A stretch of DNA of 64,000 nt from Candidatus Eiseniibacteriota bacterium (GTDB taxonomy: Bacteria > Eisenbacteria > RBG-16-71-46 > CAVPCR01), in contig CAWGMA010000001.1 of assembly GCA_963823555.1 (NCBI GenBank), positions 1,696,001 through 1,760,000 on the forward strand. Direction: 5' to 3'. The notes under the pieces are model-generated. The model ran no database searches. It was not told where the DNA came from and saw nothing but the letters and a program-made list of their open reading frames with translations. The position numbers and the translations under genes were made by a program. Of this stretch, positions 9,865 to 20,073 are shown one piece after another. How positions within the stretch are numbered: position 1 is the stretch's first letter; each line of letters starts with the position of its first letter.

Positions 9865-11067
9865 ATGACGTTCGAGGACGGACTCCGGCACGGCGTGCGC
9901 GCCATCCTCGCCTACCGCCAGCGCTCCGCGCTCACCATGCTCGGCATCACGATCGGCATCGCCTCCGTCATCCTCCTGACGTCGATCGGCGAAGGCGCCC
10001 GCGTCTACATGCTCGACAAGTTCACCCAGTTCGGCACCAACCTCATCGCCGTCAACCCCGGTCAGACCGAGACCAGCGGCATCCCGGGAATGATGGGTGG
10101 CACGACGAATCCGCTCACCATCGCCGATGCCGAGGCCATCGGCCGGATGCCGGGTGTCATGGAGATGGTGTCCTTCATCTCTGGAACAGCCAATGTCGAG
10201 TTCGGCGAAAGAAGCCGCGATGTCGTCATCTACGGGGTCACGGCCGGCATGCCCGCCGTGCTCCAGTTCGGGGTTCGCCAGGGCCGCTTCCTCCCCCCCG
10301 GCGATCCCCGCCGCGGCTCGCCCGTGAGCGTGCTCGGCCCGAAGCTCAAGCAAGAGCTGTTCGGAAACGCCAACGCCCTGGGGGAACATGTCCGCATCGC
10401 CGGACAGCGGTTTCTCGTCATCGGAATCATGGAGCCGAAGGGGCAGTTCCTCGGCTTCGATCTCGACGATTCCGCCTATATCCCACTCGCCATCGCGCAG
10501 TCCTTGTTCAACAAGCAATCGCTGATGGAGATCGACATCACCTTCAACCACTCTGTGGAGCCCGACACGCTGGCAGCGCATATCCAGCGACTCCTGATCG
10601 AGCGCCACGACGGCCACCAGGACTTCACCATCACCACCCAGACCGACATGCTGGCCACCACGGACCGCATCCTCCGCATCGTGAGCCTTGCCGTGGCCGG
10701 CATCGGGGCCATCTCGCTTCTCGTCGGCGCGATCGGCATCCTCACCATGATGTGGATCTCGGTCAGCGAGCGCACGAGCGAGATCGGCCTGGTCAAGGCC
10801 ATGGGCGCCACCCACGCCCAGATCCTCTGGCTCTTCCTCGGGGAGGCCATCCTGCTCTCCACTCTCGGCGGCATCGCCGGCCTGGCGGCCGCGCTTGGAA
10901 TCGGCGCCCTCTTGCGCCTTGCCCTGCCCGGATTCCCGATCAGCACTCCACTCCCCTACGTGGTCCTGGCCCTGGCCCTGAGCTTCTCGGTCGGGGTCCT
11001 GAGTGGCATCCTCCCCGCGCGGCGCGCCGCCAGCCTGGACCCCATCCAGGCCCTGGCCGCCGAGTGA
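9865..11067 (+). CDS. ABC transporter permease (MacB/FtsX type), second paralog
   Basis: RSALTMLGITIGIASVI, SVSERTSEIG, PARRAASLDPIQAL; RBS GAGGAG before the ATG at 9865. Confidence 0.92.
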   Translation: MTFEDGLRHGVRAILAYRQRSALTMLGITIGIASVILLTSIGEGARVYMLDKFTQFGTNLIAVNPGQTETSGIPGMMGGTTNPLTIADAEAIGRMPGVMEMVSFISGTANVEFGERSRDVVIYGVTAGMPAVLQFGVRQGRFLPPGDPRRGSPVSVLGPKLKQELFGNANALGEHVRIAGQRFLVIGIMEPKGQFLGFDLDDSAYIPLAIAQSLFNKQSLMEIDITFNHSVEPDTLAAHIQRLLIERHDGHQDFTITTQTDMLATTDRILRIVSLAVAGIGAISLLVGAIGILTMMWISVSERTSEIGLVKAMGATHAQILWLFLGEAILLSTLGGIAGLAAALGIGALLRLALPGFPISTPLPYVVLALALSFSVGVLSGILPARRAASLDPIQALAAE

Positions 11068-11629
11068 GCAAGGTGGCGCGGATCCCCACCGGGTGCCCCG
11101 CCGGGTTCAGGCATGGCTATCGCCAAGCTCATGATTCAGCAATGGAATAGCGATCACGACTGAAGTGCCGTCGAGGAGTCGCCTGCGGCCATCCTCGGGC
11201 GAAGGCGTTTCGCTCTCCCTCCCCCTTCTCCCCCTCCAGCTGCAGCGCCGAAGCGCGAATCAATCCCGGGCCGCGTCCTTCCGTCTTGCCTCGCCTACCG
11301 TTGTCCCGGGGGCGCCGCGTCATGCTCCACCCGGACCTGCTCGGTCGCGCGCCATGGCCGACTCGACCAGCAGCGCATCGGCACACCCTCCGGACCGACT
11401 CTCGGCGCCGCCGCTGTGCTCGTCCGAGAGCTCCGAGCCCCGCCCGGAGGCAAGCAATTCCCAGGGTTTTTTTGCCACGGAACAAAAGAAAGTGGCGTTT
11501 CCCCCTATAAAATGCGGTATAAGCGCTGGGCAATGGATGTGGGGCGCGCCGCAGGAGCCGGGAATCGCCCGGCACCCTCCGGAAGCCGCCCTCTTGACCT
11601 CTCGCTCCATGGATTTGGAGGTAATTGAA

Positions 11630-12001
11630 GTGGCTGCCAAGAAGACAGCAAAGAAGGCCGCGAAGGCGACCGGCCCTGCGGCATACCGTTTTGCCAAGGC
11701 CGACAGGGCGCGCAGCAAGAGTCAGATCGTGGGCAACATCGCCGAGAAGACCGGCCTCACGCGCAAGCAGGTAGTGAGCGTATTCGACGCCATGTCGTCG
11801 ATGCTCACGACCGACTTGAAGAGTGGCCCCAAGGTCTTCAGCCTCGCCGGACTGGCGAAGTTCACGGTTCAGTACAAGCCGGCCACCAAGGCGCGCAAGG
11901 GCATCAATCCCTTCACCGGTGAAGAGACGATGTTCAAGGCCAAGCCGGCGCGCAACGTGGTGAAGATCCGCGCCCTCAAGGCCCTGAAGGACGCCGTCTG
12001 A
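11630..12001 (+). CDS. HU/IHF-family DNA-binding protein with Lys/Ala-rich N-terminus
   Basis: KSQIVGNIAEKTGLTRKQV, LAGLAKF, ARKGINPFTGEETMFKAKPA, LKALKDAV; RBS GGAGG at 11617-11621 before the GTG at 11630. Confidence 0.9.
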   Translation: MAAKKTAKKAAKATGPAAYRFAKADRARSKSQIVGNIAEKTGLTRKQVVSVFDAMSSMLTTDLKSGPKVFSLAGLAKFTVQYKPATKARKGINPFTGEETMFKAKPARNVVKIRALKALKDAV

Positions 12002-12169
12002 TCCACACCGAGCACTAGGGCCCGCGGCCAATGAAACGCGGCCCGCAGGCGTTCAGCTCGCACCTGCCCCCGAGTGGGCTTCCAGCGAGCTGACGCATGC
12101 GGGCCGTCGTTGCTTGAGCTGCCCTTGGGCGAGCCCTTTGAGAATGGCGGGCGGGAATCTCCCCGGCCG

Positions 12170-12727
12170 TTAGCGCAACGCCTCTCCGATCGCGCCCCGG
12201 ACTTTCCCCTGCACCCCCTTCAACTTGAAGCCGAGCAGGATCAGGATGATGCCCTTCAGGATGGCGAAGAGGGCGATCAACGAGATGATGGCGAGAGCGC
12301 CGACCCCCGGGCGGAACACACAGTAGAGCCCGAATGCGACGGACAACAGACCGCTCAGGATCAACCAGAACTCGCCTTGGATCTCCTTGCGCAGCTGCAG
12401 GGCGGCGATGATCTCAGCAACACCCTTGAGAATGGCCCAGGTTCCGATCAGGATGAGGAGCGCGACCGCCGTGGCTCCAGGGCGCGCCAGAGTCATCACG
12501 CCCAGGGCCAAGCTCGCCAAGCCGCTGATCAAGTACCAGCCCCACCGCTCCCCCTTGAACGCGGTGAGCAGCGCCACGAGGCCATCGATGAGGAGATACA
12601 TGCCAAAGAAGATGAGCAGAACGTAAACGGTCATGCCAGGAGAAGCCAGCGCTGCAATGCCGAAGATGATGGCCAGGATTCCATGCACAACGAAGAGCCA
12701 CCAGTTCTTGAGCCATGGCAGAATCAT
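12170..12727 (-). CDS. HdeD/DUF308-family membrane protein
   Basis: Starts MILPWLKNWWLFVVHGILAIIFG; six hydrophobic helices with internal duplication; RBS GAGGAGG upstream. Confidence 0.85.
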   Translation of the reverse strand: MILPWLKNWWLFVVHGILAIIFGIAALASPGMTVYVLLIFFGMYLLIDGLVALLTAFKGERWGWYLISGLASLALGVMTLARPGATAVALLILIGTWAILKGVAEIIAALQLRKEIQGEFWLILSGLLSVAFGLYCVFRPGVGALAIISLIALFAILKGIILILLGFKLKGVQGKVRGAIGEALR

Positions 12728-12828
12728 CAATCCCTCCTCGTGACGACAAAGCGATCCCGGAGATCTTGCCAGTGACAAGCCGAGCGTCCGGGCATGCGGA
12801 GAGGTGGTATCACATGCCACGTTGCGGG

Positions 12829-13782
12829 TCAAGGATGGCCCGGCCCGCAGGCGGGTGCGGGAGGCGCGGGCACCCCCGTCGGTCTCGCTTCCCGCCCCCA
12901 AGCGCGATCTCCGAAGTACCAGTCGATACCCGCAGCTCGATGGCGGCGCAGGAGATACAGATCCTCCCGCCGCTCCCCGCGCGACGTCCCGGTCGTCTTG
13001 TTGACGTCGAGGAGGATCGGCTTGCCATCCACGACAACATAGTCGAGCTTGCCATAGTCGAGGCCCATCTCCTGCCGCCACGTCTCGATTTCGTGATGAG
13101 GCGTCACGGTCTCGGTGCGCACCACCGAGGCATCGTTGACAATCGGCTTGGAAGACACGAGGCGAGTGCAACTCGAGCGGTCACCGAGAAACTGATAGAT
13201 GCGTGTGTGATACATTCCGTTCTCGACTTCAGGCTGGAACTTCTCGATCACGAGCCGGCGGTCCCGGAAGCAGCGCCCCGGGACCGCGCCCAGCGAATCG
13301 AAGATCTGGTAGTCCTGCGCCGACAGGAAGGGCGGCCGGCGCCCGGCCAGGCGTTCCACGAGCCGCACCGCGAGCATCACCGTCTCGTGCCCCCGGGCCC
13401 AACTCGGCTCGAAGAGCCAGCGTTCCGGCCGGCCGGCGTTGTTGAGGTCCGACTTGACGATGACGCGGCCCATCCACGGCGCATCCGGTCGATGGATCAG
13501 GTTCTCGCTGAACGCCGACTTGCGAATGTCCCGCACCCGCCCGTTCAGCACGAGCGGATAGCGGGCGGCGAATTCCAGGTACTCCTCGGGCACGACCGAT
13601 AGATCGATGTGAACGAGAATCAGGTCGGCTGGCACTCGCTCCCGCGTACCGAACAGGAACACAACCTCGTAACCGGCTTCCCGCCAGAATTCTGCGAGGT
13701 GATAGACGGCATACACGGACAGCTTGCGCCCGCGATCCTTCCGGTGAAAGAGCACGGCGAGACGCCGGCCCTTGCCTGGCAA
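12829..13782 (-). CDS. Hypothetical protein, ATP-grasp (RimK-like) fold; start uncertain
   Basis: VIVKSDLN, LVIEKFQPE, GLDYGKLDYVVVDGKPILLDVNKT resemble ATP-grasp nucleotide and metal motifs. Confidence 0.55.
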   Translation of the reverse strand: MPGKGRRLAVLFHRKDRGRKLSVYAVYHLAEFWREAGYEVVFLFGTRERVPADLILVHIDLSVVPEEYLEFAARYPLVLNGRVRDIRKSAFSENLIHRPDAPWMGRVIVKSDLNNAGRPERWLFEPSWARGHETVMLAVRLVERLAGRRPPFLSAQDYQIFDSLGAVPGRCFRDRRLVIEKFQPEVENGMYHTRIYQFLGDRSSCTRLVSSKPIVNDASVVRTETVTPHHEIETWRQEMGLDYGKLDYVVVDGKPILLDVNKTTGTSRGERREDLYLLRRHRAAGIDWYFGDRAWGREARPTGVPAPPAPACGPGHP

Positions 13783-13841
13783 CCCATCACCAGCTACCAA
13801 GAATCGAGATCTCCCGCTGAACCCGGGACCATCTGCCTCGG

Positions 13842-14873
13842 CTACTCGCGATAGCGCTCGGGCATGGTGTAGGTGTAGACGTTCCCGTCGAGGATCAGGA
13901 GCATCACGTCTCCCCGCGGATGCCAGCGCAGGCAGCTCATCTGGGTGCCCGGGACCGCCACCACGATCTTGACGACGTTCTCCGGTTCGGTGTTTGGCTC
14001 GGTGACGAAGATGGCATCGCGTAGCGTACCGTCTCTGAGTCGCGAGCGGTAGGCCACGTAGCGTCCGCTCGGGGACCATGCCGGGTAGTCATCGTCGGTA
14101 CCGTCGGCATTGGAGAGCCCACCGGGCAAGCGGTCCGGCATCGACACCGCGTCGGGGATGCGATCGGGATCGCCGCGCGGGACGACGAAGATGCGCTGCC
14201 CGCGATCGCCATCCATCGCCGCATACGCGATGCGCTGCCCGTCCGGGGAAATCGTGGGATGCCGGACTCCGGTGAGACCGTCGCGCTCGACCTGATCACC
14301 GCTGCCTCCCAGCCCCAACGTGCGAATCGCGTCCCGGCCGATCTCGACATAGACCAGGTTTCCTCCGTCCGGAGAGAACGTCGGCTCGTACCCGGTCACC
14401 CACGCCCGGGGCTCCCCGCCCGGCGTGAGGACATGGATCCAGTTCTCGGTCTCGCCGAAGGCATGTCCATCATAGGCGACCTGGTTCCCCACCGGGGACC
14501 AGTCGAGGTTGGCAATCGTGAATCGTGGCTGGCCGAATACCGGGGTCGTCGGCGGGAAACACCGGTAGTCGAGGCAGCCCTGGGTCACGGCACCGGTCAG
14601 GAGATGGTGCGACACGGCTTCGATGGGTACCCGGAGGGCGATCGTGATGAAAGCGAACCGATCTGGACCCTCCGGAGCCTGGAGCCAGCTCACGGAATCG
14701 GTGAGAAAGTCGTTGTCGCCCTCGGTGATGACGAACCCGGGCTCGGGGCCGAGGTCGGGATCAGGGGTACTGGTGGGAGCGCTGCAACCGGTCAGAATCG
14801 TGACGACCAGCCCAGCGACGATCGCGCCCGGGACTCCCCCGCCCCACCGTCGATCGGCTTGACGCTGGTCCAT
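13842..14873 (-). CDS. TolB-like PD40 beta-propeller lipoprotein
   Basis: Lipobox ILTGC; repeats DWSPVG, PTFSPDG, PTISPDG, PAWSPSG, WHPRG. Confidence 0.8.
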   Translation of the reverse strand: MDQRQADRRWGGGVPGAIVAGLVVTILTGCSAPTSTPDPDLGPEPGFVITEGDNDFLTDSVSWLQAPEGPDRFAFITIALRVPIEAVSHHLLTGAVTQGCLDYRCFPPTTPVFGQPRFTIANLDWSPVGNQVAYDGHAFGETENWIHVLTPGGEPRAWVTGYEPTFSPDGGNLVYVEIGRDAIRTLGLGGSGDQVERDGLTGVRHPTISPDGQRIAYAAMDGDRGQRIFVVPRGDPDRIPDAVSMPDRLPGGLSNADGTDDDYPAWSPSGRYVAYRSRLRDGTLRDAIFVTEPNTEPENVVKIVVAVPGTQMSCLRWHPRGDVMLLILDGNVYTYTMPERYRE

Positions 14874-14925
14874 GATGACAGGCCTCCCCTCCCCGCGAAT
14901 TCCCCGGAGCTTCGCTCGCAGAGGA

Positions 14926-15930
14926 CTACCGGCTGCGATAGGGCTCCGGCATCGGGTAGGCATAGACGTCGCCGTCGATGATCACGAGCACGTACTCCCC
15001 GCTCCTGTGCCACCGCAGTCCGGTCATCTCCCGCCCGGGATCGATGGCCACGATGCGCACGGGATTGTTGAGGGCTCCGAACGCGTTGGTGATGAAGATG
15101 GCATTACGAATCGTGTTCTCGCGAATCTTCGTCCGGTAGGCGATGTATCGCCCTCCCGGGGACCACGCCGGATAGTCGTCGTCCGTACCATCCCCGCCCT
15201 GACCCCCCGGCAGCACGTCGGGATGGGAAACCACATCGGCAAGAAGCGTCGGGTCGCGGCGATCGTGCACGAAGATGCGGCGACCCCGTGTGCCGTCGAT
15301 GGCCGAATAGGCGATGAAATCGCCATCCGGCGACACCACGGGATGAGCGGCACCGGAAAGGGCCTCGCGCAGGGTGGCTCCGCCGCCACTGGAGGGGTTG
15401 AACGACCGGAGCGCGTCCCGCCCGTTCTCGACGTAGATGACGAGGCCGGCATCCGGCGTGAAGCTGGGCTCGAAGCCGGTGAGCCAGCGCCGGGGCTCCC
15501 CCCCCGGCTGCATGGTATAGACCCAGGTCGCCTCTCGGGCCCGCTGACCCTGGAACGCCACGAAGGCGCCGCGCGGCGACCAGCTCACCTCCGATATCGA
15601 GAGACCCGCCTCCTTGAAGATCTCCTGAGTCTGCGGAAAGCAGTCCTCACTGTTGCAGGCCGTCGTGAAATGGGCACTGAAGAGGTAATGGGAGGGGGCG
15701 TTGGTCGGAGCATCACGCGAGACGGCGATGAACGAGAAGCGGCCGAGCCCGCTGGCCGAGTCCTGCCAGCTCACCGAGTTCGTATCCCAGGCGTCGTCGC
15801 CCTCGATGAGGACGAACCCGATGTCGCCGAAGTCGCCGGGGGCGGTGGGGTTGTCGCTCCCCCCGCAGCCGGCCACCATGAGGCCCAGGATCAGAACGAC
15901 CGACCCCCTCCAACCGAACATCCTCGACAT
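14926..15930 (-). CDS. TolB-like PD40 beta-propeller lipoprotein (tandem paralog)
   Basis: Lipobox MVAGC; repeats VSWSPRG, PSFTPDA, PVVSPDG, PAWSPGG; aligns end to end by eye with 13842-14873. Confidence 0.8.
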   Translation of the reverse strand: MSRMFGWRGSVVLILGLMVAGCGGSDNPTAPGDFGDIGFVLIEGDDAWDTNSVSWQDSASGLGRFSFIAVSRDAPTNAPSHYLFSAHFTTACNSEDCFPQTQEIFKEAGLSISEVSWSPRGAFVAFQGQRAREATWVYTMQPGGEPRRWLTGFEPSFTPDAGLVIYVENGRDALRSFNPSSGGGATLREALSGAAHPVVSPDGDFIAYSAIDGTRGRRIFVHDRRDPTLLADVVSHPDVLPGGQGGDGTDDDYPAWSPGGRYIAYRTKIRENTIRNAIFITNAFGALNNPVRIVAIDPGREMTGLRWHRSGEYVLVIIDGDVYAYPMPEPYRSR

Positions 15931-16141
15931 GCGCGATCTCCCAGAGCTTCTGGCGCTGTAAACGACGTTGCCACCGCAAGCTAGCCGCATCTCCACAGAA
16001 CCGAGGTGCGGGCCGCATCTTCCGGTTTCACTTGAACATACGGAAAGAACCGGGCTTCTGTGTCAGGAGTTCCTCGCTTCCCCGCCGCGGCTCGATGGGG
16101 AGGCTCCCGGCATTCCGGATCTCGCGTGCGGCCGCATCGCC

Positions 16142-19100
16142 TCACATGGCGCGCCGATACTCACCACCCACTTCGTAGAGCGCTTGCGTGATCTGACCCA
16201 GGCTCGCCACACGCACGGTCCGCATCAGCTCGGCGAAGATGTTGCCGCGTTCGGCCGCCACCTGCCGCAGCCGATCGAGGGCGGCTCGCGCCTCCGTCTC
16301 ACGCTCGTGCTGGAAGGAACGCAGGCGGGAGATCTGACCGTCCTTCTCCTCGACCGTGGCCCGGGTCAGAGCGGGCACCGAGAGCTCGCTACGAAGCGCC
16401 GGATCGGGATGGATGAACGTATTGACGCCCACGATGGGGAGCTCTCCGGAGTGCTTGAGCCGTTCGTAGAGCAGCGACTCCTCCTGGATCTTCGAGCGCT
16501 GGTACTGGGTCTCCATCGCCCCGAGGACACCACCCCGCTCGTTCAACCGCTCGAACTCCTTGAGCACGGCTTCCTCGACCAGGTCGGTGAGCTCGGACAT
16601 GATGTAGCTCCCCTGGTTCGGATTCTCGTTCTTCGCCACGCCGAACTCGCGGGCGATGATCATCTGGATCGCCATCGCCCGGCGCACCGATTCCTCGGTC
16701 GGCGTCGTGACCGCCTCGTCGTACGCGTTCGTGTGGAGCGAGTTGCAGCTGTCGTGGTAGGCGATGAGTGCCTGCAGCGTGGTGCGGATGTCGTTGAACT
16801 GCACCTCCTGCGCATGCAGGGAGCGCCCGCTGGTCTGGATGTGGTACTTGAGCTGCTGCGCCCGCGAGCCGGCCCCGTAGCGCTCGTGCATGGCCACCGC
16901 CCAGATCCGGCGCGCCACCCGCCCCATCACCGTGTACTCGGCGTCGAGCCCGTTCGAGAAGAAGAATGAGAGGTTCGGTGCGAAATCGTCGATCTTCATC
17001 CCGCGCGCCAGGAAGTACTCGACGTAGGTGAAGCCGTTGGCCAGGGTGAAGGCGAGCTGCGTGATGGGGTTGGCGCCGGCCTCGGCGATGTGATAGCCGG
17101 AGATGGAGATCGAGTAGTAGTTGCGGACCCCGTTCTCGACGAAGAACTGCTGCACGTCCCCCATCATCTTGAGGGCGAACTCGATCGAGAAGATGCAGGT
17201 GTTCTGCGCCTGGTCTTCCTTGAGGATGTCCGCCTGCACGGTGCCGCGCACGGTACGGAGGGTATGAGCGACGATCCGCCCCCGCTCCTCGGCTGTGGGC
17301 TCGCGCCCGGTCTCGCCCCGGAACCGCTCGACCTGCTGATCGATGGCCGTGTTGAAGTAGAGCGCGAGCATGATCGGCGCCGGGCCGTTGATGGTCATCG
17401 ACACCGATGTGTTGGCATCGAGGAGATCGAAGCCGTCGTAGAGCGCCTTCATGTCGTCGAGGGTCGCGATCGAGACCCCGCTTTCCCCGATCTTGCCGTA
17501 GATGTCGGGGCGCTCGTGCGGGTCCTGCCCGTAGAGGGTCACTGAATCGAAGGCGGTCGAAAGACGCCGCGCCTTGTGGCCGCGACACAGGTAGTGGAAA
17601 CGGCGATTGGTGCGTTCCGGCGGCCCCTCCCCCGCGAACATGCGGATCGGGTCCTCGTCCTGGCGCCGGAACGGAAACACACCGGCGGTGAACGGGAACT
17701 GGCCCGGCAGGTTCTCGAGCATCAGGAAGCGAACGATCTCGCCCTCGTCTCGCGTGTGCGGCAGGGCGACCTTCCGCACCGGGATGCCGGACAGCGTGAT
17801 CGTGCGGAGCGGCGTATGCACCTCGCGGTCGCGTACCCGGTAGACGAACTCGTCCCCCTCGTATTCGGACCGCAGCTCAGGCCACGCCGCGAGCAGCACG
17901 CGCGCGCGATCATCGAGCTCGGCATCGGCCTGGGCCGCGAGCTCGTCGAGGCGCACCGCGGCGCTCTCCTCCCCGCGCGCCCTGAGCTCGGCTGCCGACG
18001 TGAGGAAAGCCTGCCGGCGCCGCGCCACGTCGACCTGCACCTCGGCTCGCGCGCGGTACGCGCGGGCGGTTCCAGCGATCTCGCCCAGATACCGCACCCG
18101 CTCCGGCGGGACGATCGTGTGCTTCCAGTCGGCGTGGAACCGGGGTGCCCACAACGCCCCGGGCTCCAGATCGGCGATCCCACCCTCGCGGAGCCGGGCG
18201 AGGAGAGCGACGTAGAGGGCGTTCACGCCGGGGTCGTGGAAGTGGCTGGCGATCGTGGGAAAGACCGGCAGATCCTCGTCGCCGGGCGGCGTACCGTGGA
18301 GATTGTGCCCGCGCCGGAACTGCTTCCGCACATCACGCAGGGCATCCTCGCTGCCGCGACGCTCGAACTTGTTGATGACGATCATGTCGGCGAGGTCGAT
18401 CATGTCGATCTTCTCGAGCTGGGTCTGCGCCCCGAACTCGGAGGTCATGACGTAGATCGAGAGATCCGAGATGTCGACAACCGCCGCATCGCCCTGGCCG
18501 ATGCCCGAGGTTTCGACCAGGATCAGATCGTAGCCGGCACCGCGCGCCACCTTGATCGCATCGGCCATGGCCGCCGTGAGCTCGGTCCCCGATCCGCGCG
18601 TGGCGAAGCTCCGCATGAAGACCCGCGGTGTGCGCAGCGCGTTCATCCGGATGCGGTCGCCGAGGAGGGCTCCACCGGAGCGCCGCTTGGAAGGATCGAC
18701 CGCGAAGATGGCGACCGTCTTCTCGGGGAAATCGCTGAGGAAGCGGCGCACGAGCTCATCGGTGAGGGAGCTCTTGCCGGCGCCGCCGGTGCCCGTGATG
18801 CCGATCACCGGGACCCGGCGGTCGACCGCGGTCGCGAAGTGCAACCCTTCGAACACGCCATGGCCGTTGCCCCCGCTGGCCCGGCGCGTTCGCGCTTCGC
18901 CCCCGGCCCCGCTGCCGACGAGCACCGGACTTCCCGATTCGACAAGGGTGATGGCCCGCGCCACCAGCGGCGGCGCTTGCCAGGCGATCGTGGCGCCGTC
19001 GAGTGGCGCGCGCTCGAGGGTGGAGAAATCAGCGTTCTCCAGCAGATAGTTGATCATCCCCTGGAGACCCATCTGCCGCCCGTCCTCGGGGCTGAAGATC

Positions 19101-19459
19101 TTCGCCACCCCGTAGGCCTCGAGCTCGCGGATCTCATCGGGGATGATCACCCCACCCCCGCCGCCGAAGACCCGGATGTGAGGGGCGCCCTTGGCCTTGA
19201 GGAGATCGCAGACATACTTGAAGAACTCGAGATGGCCGCCCTGGTAGCTCGTGATGGCGAGGCCCTGGGCGTCCTCCTGGATGGCTGCGTCCACCATCTC
19301 CTCGGCCGAGCGGTTGTGGCCGAGATGGATGACCTCGGCGCCTGAGGCCTGGATGATCCGACGCATGACGTTGATCGCCGCATCGTGGCCATCGAACAGG
19401 GCGGCCGCGGTGACGATCCGGATCTTGTGGTGCGGGCTGTAGGGCTCGACTTCGCTCAT
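16142..19459 (-). CDS. icmF: Fused isobutyryl-CoA mutase / MeaB-type GTPase metallochaperone
   Basis: N-terminal cobalamin-binding DGHD motif, G-protein GTGGAGKSS and NKFE, mutase domain PIRMFAGEG (Phe as in ICM), [16 protein letters not shown]; 1105 aa. Confidence 0.93.
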   Translation of the reverse strand: MSEVEPYSPHHKIRIVTAAALFDGHDAAINVMRRIIQASGAEVIHLGHNRSAEEMVDAAIQEDAQGLAITSYQGGHLEFFKYVCDLLKAKGAPHIRVFGGGGGVIIPDEIRELEAYGVAKIFSPEDGRQMGLQGMINYLLENADFSTLERAPLDGATIAWQAPPLVARAITLVESGSPVLVGSGAGGEARTRRASGGNGHGVFEGLHFATAVDRRVPVIGITGTGGAGKSSLTDELVRRFLSDFPEKTVAIFAVDPSKRRSGGALLGDRIRMNALRTPRVFMRSFATRGSGTELTAAMADAIKVARGAGYDLILVETSGIGQGDAAVVDISDLSIYVMTSEFGAQTQLEKIDMIDLADMIVINKFERRGSEDALRDVRKQFRRGHNLHGTPPGDEDLPVFPTIASHFHDPGVNALYVALLARLREGGIADLEPGALWAPRFHADWKHTIVPPERVRYLGEIAGTARAYRARAEVQVDVARRRQAFLTSAAELRARGEESAAVRLDELAAQADAELDDRARVLLAAWPELRSEYEGDEFVYRVRDREVHTPLRTITLSGIPVRKVALPHTRDEGEIVRFLMLENLPGQFPFTAGVFPFRRQDEDPIRMFAGEGPPERTNRRFHYLCRGHKARRLSTAFDSVTLYGQDPHERPDIYGKIGESGVSIATLDDMKALYDGFDLLDANTSVSMTINGPAPIMLALYFNTAIDQQVERFRGETGREPTAEERGRIVAHTLRTVRGTVQADILKEDQAQNTCIFSIEFALKMMGDVQQFFVENGVRNYYSISISGYHIAEAGANPITQLAFTLANGFTYVEYFLARGMKIDDFAPNLSFFFSNGLDAEYTVMGRVARRIWAVAMHERYGAGSRAQQLKYHIQTSGRSLHAQEVQFNDIRTTLQALIAYHDSCNSLHTNAYDEAVTTPTEESVRRAMAIQMIIAREFGVAKNENPNQGSYIMSELTDLVEEAVLKEFERLNERGGVLGAMETQYQRSKIQEESLLYERLKHSGELPIVGVNTFIHPDPALRSELSVPALTRATVEEKDGQISRLRSFQHERETEARAALDRLRQVAAERGNIFAELMRTVRVASLGQITQALYEVGGEYRRAM

Positions 19460-19728
19460 CCTTGCTTTCCGAATTCGGGTTTGCGAACTCCGGGGACGAA
19501 AGCCGGCCCGAAGCGGTCCGACCGATCCATGATAGCCCGAGCGATCGATTCCTGGGGACCTGGATGGCCACCGGCGCCCCCCCCCTCTTGCGCGCCAGCG
19601 CCCGCTCCGAGGCGGCTCCGGATGCGCCCCACCCGACTTGAGCGCGACCCCCGACGGGCCTCATTCGGCCTCTGCCCCCCCGCCAGGCGGTGCCTAAACT
19701 TTGTGCACCCCGTTGCTTCACTTTTTCT

Positions 19729-19757
19729 TTGACGTCCCCAAGATGTGGGGCTATACC
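19729..19757 (+). promoter_or_regulatory. Putative sigma70 promoter of nrdJ
   Basis: TTGACG (19729-19734), 17-bp spacer, TATACC (19752-19757), preceded by a T-tract. Confidence 0.6.
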
Positions 19758-19782
19758 TACCGGCGCCCTCTAGATGTGGACT
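19736..19782 (+). promoter_or_regulatory. Tandem NrdR boxes
   Basis: CCCCAAGATGTGGGGC (19736-19751) and CCTCTAGATGTGGACT (19767-19782) both keep the C-n-A-n-AT-n-T-n-G core of the NrdR consensus. They start 31 bp apart and lie upstream of an RNR gene. Confidence 0.8.
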
Positions 19783-20073
19783 CCACGGATGTTTGGTGGA
19801 GCCCAGGCAGACCCGAGGACGGATCTGTTTCGAGCCCGTCCTGGGGCCTGCCCGAGGGTGGTGTCGGACAAGGCCCAGGTCTCCCCCTATCGCCCTTCGG
19901 TGCCCCAACCGGGCGGTTGGGTCAACATGCCCTCGCTCCACCTGCCAAGCCGAAGGCCCCCGTCCGCTCCCAGGCACAATCAACCATCGACCTATCGTTT
20001 TCCCAGTAGTTCGGGAGCGATCGGACCCTTCGCACTCGAACCCCCGCCCCCGCGGGTCACGGGAGGTGCCGCA

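Noticed and set aside
11165..11629. 155-aa N-terminal extension of HU in the ORF track
   Set aside because: Low-complexity translation across an AT-rich promoter-like region; a strong RBS supports the GTG at 11630.
19460..20073. Cobalamin riboswitch between icmF and nrdJ
   Set aside because: I could not locate the conserved GGGAA / GCCACTG / AGCCAG-AGACC elements in proper order on either strand; cmscan would settle it.
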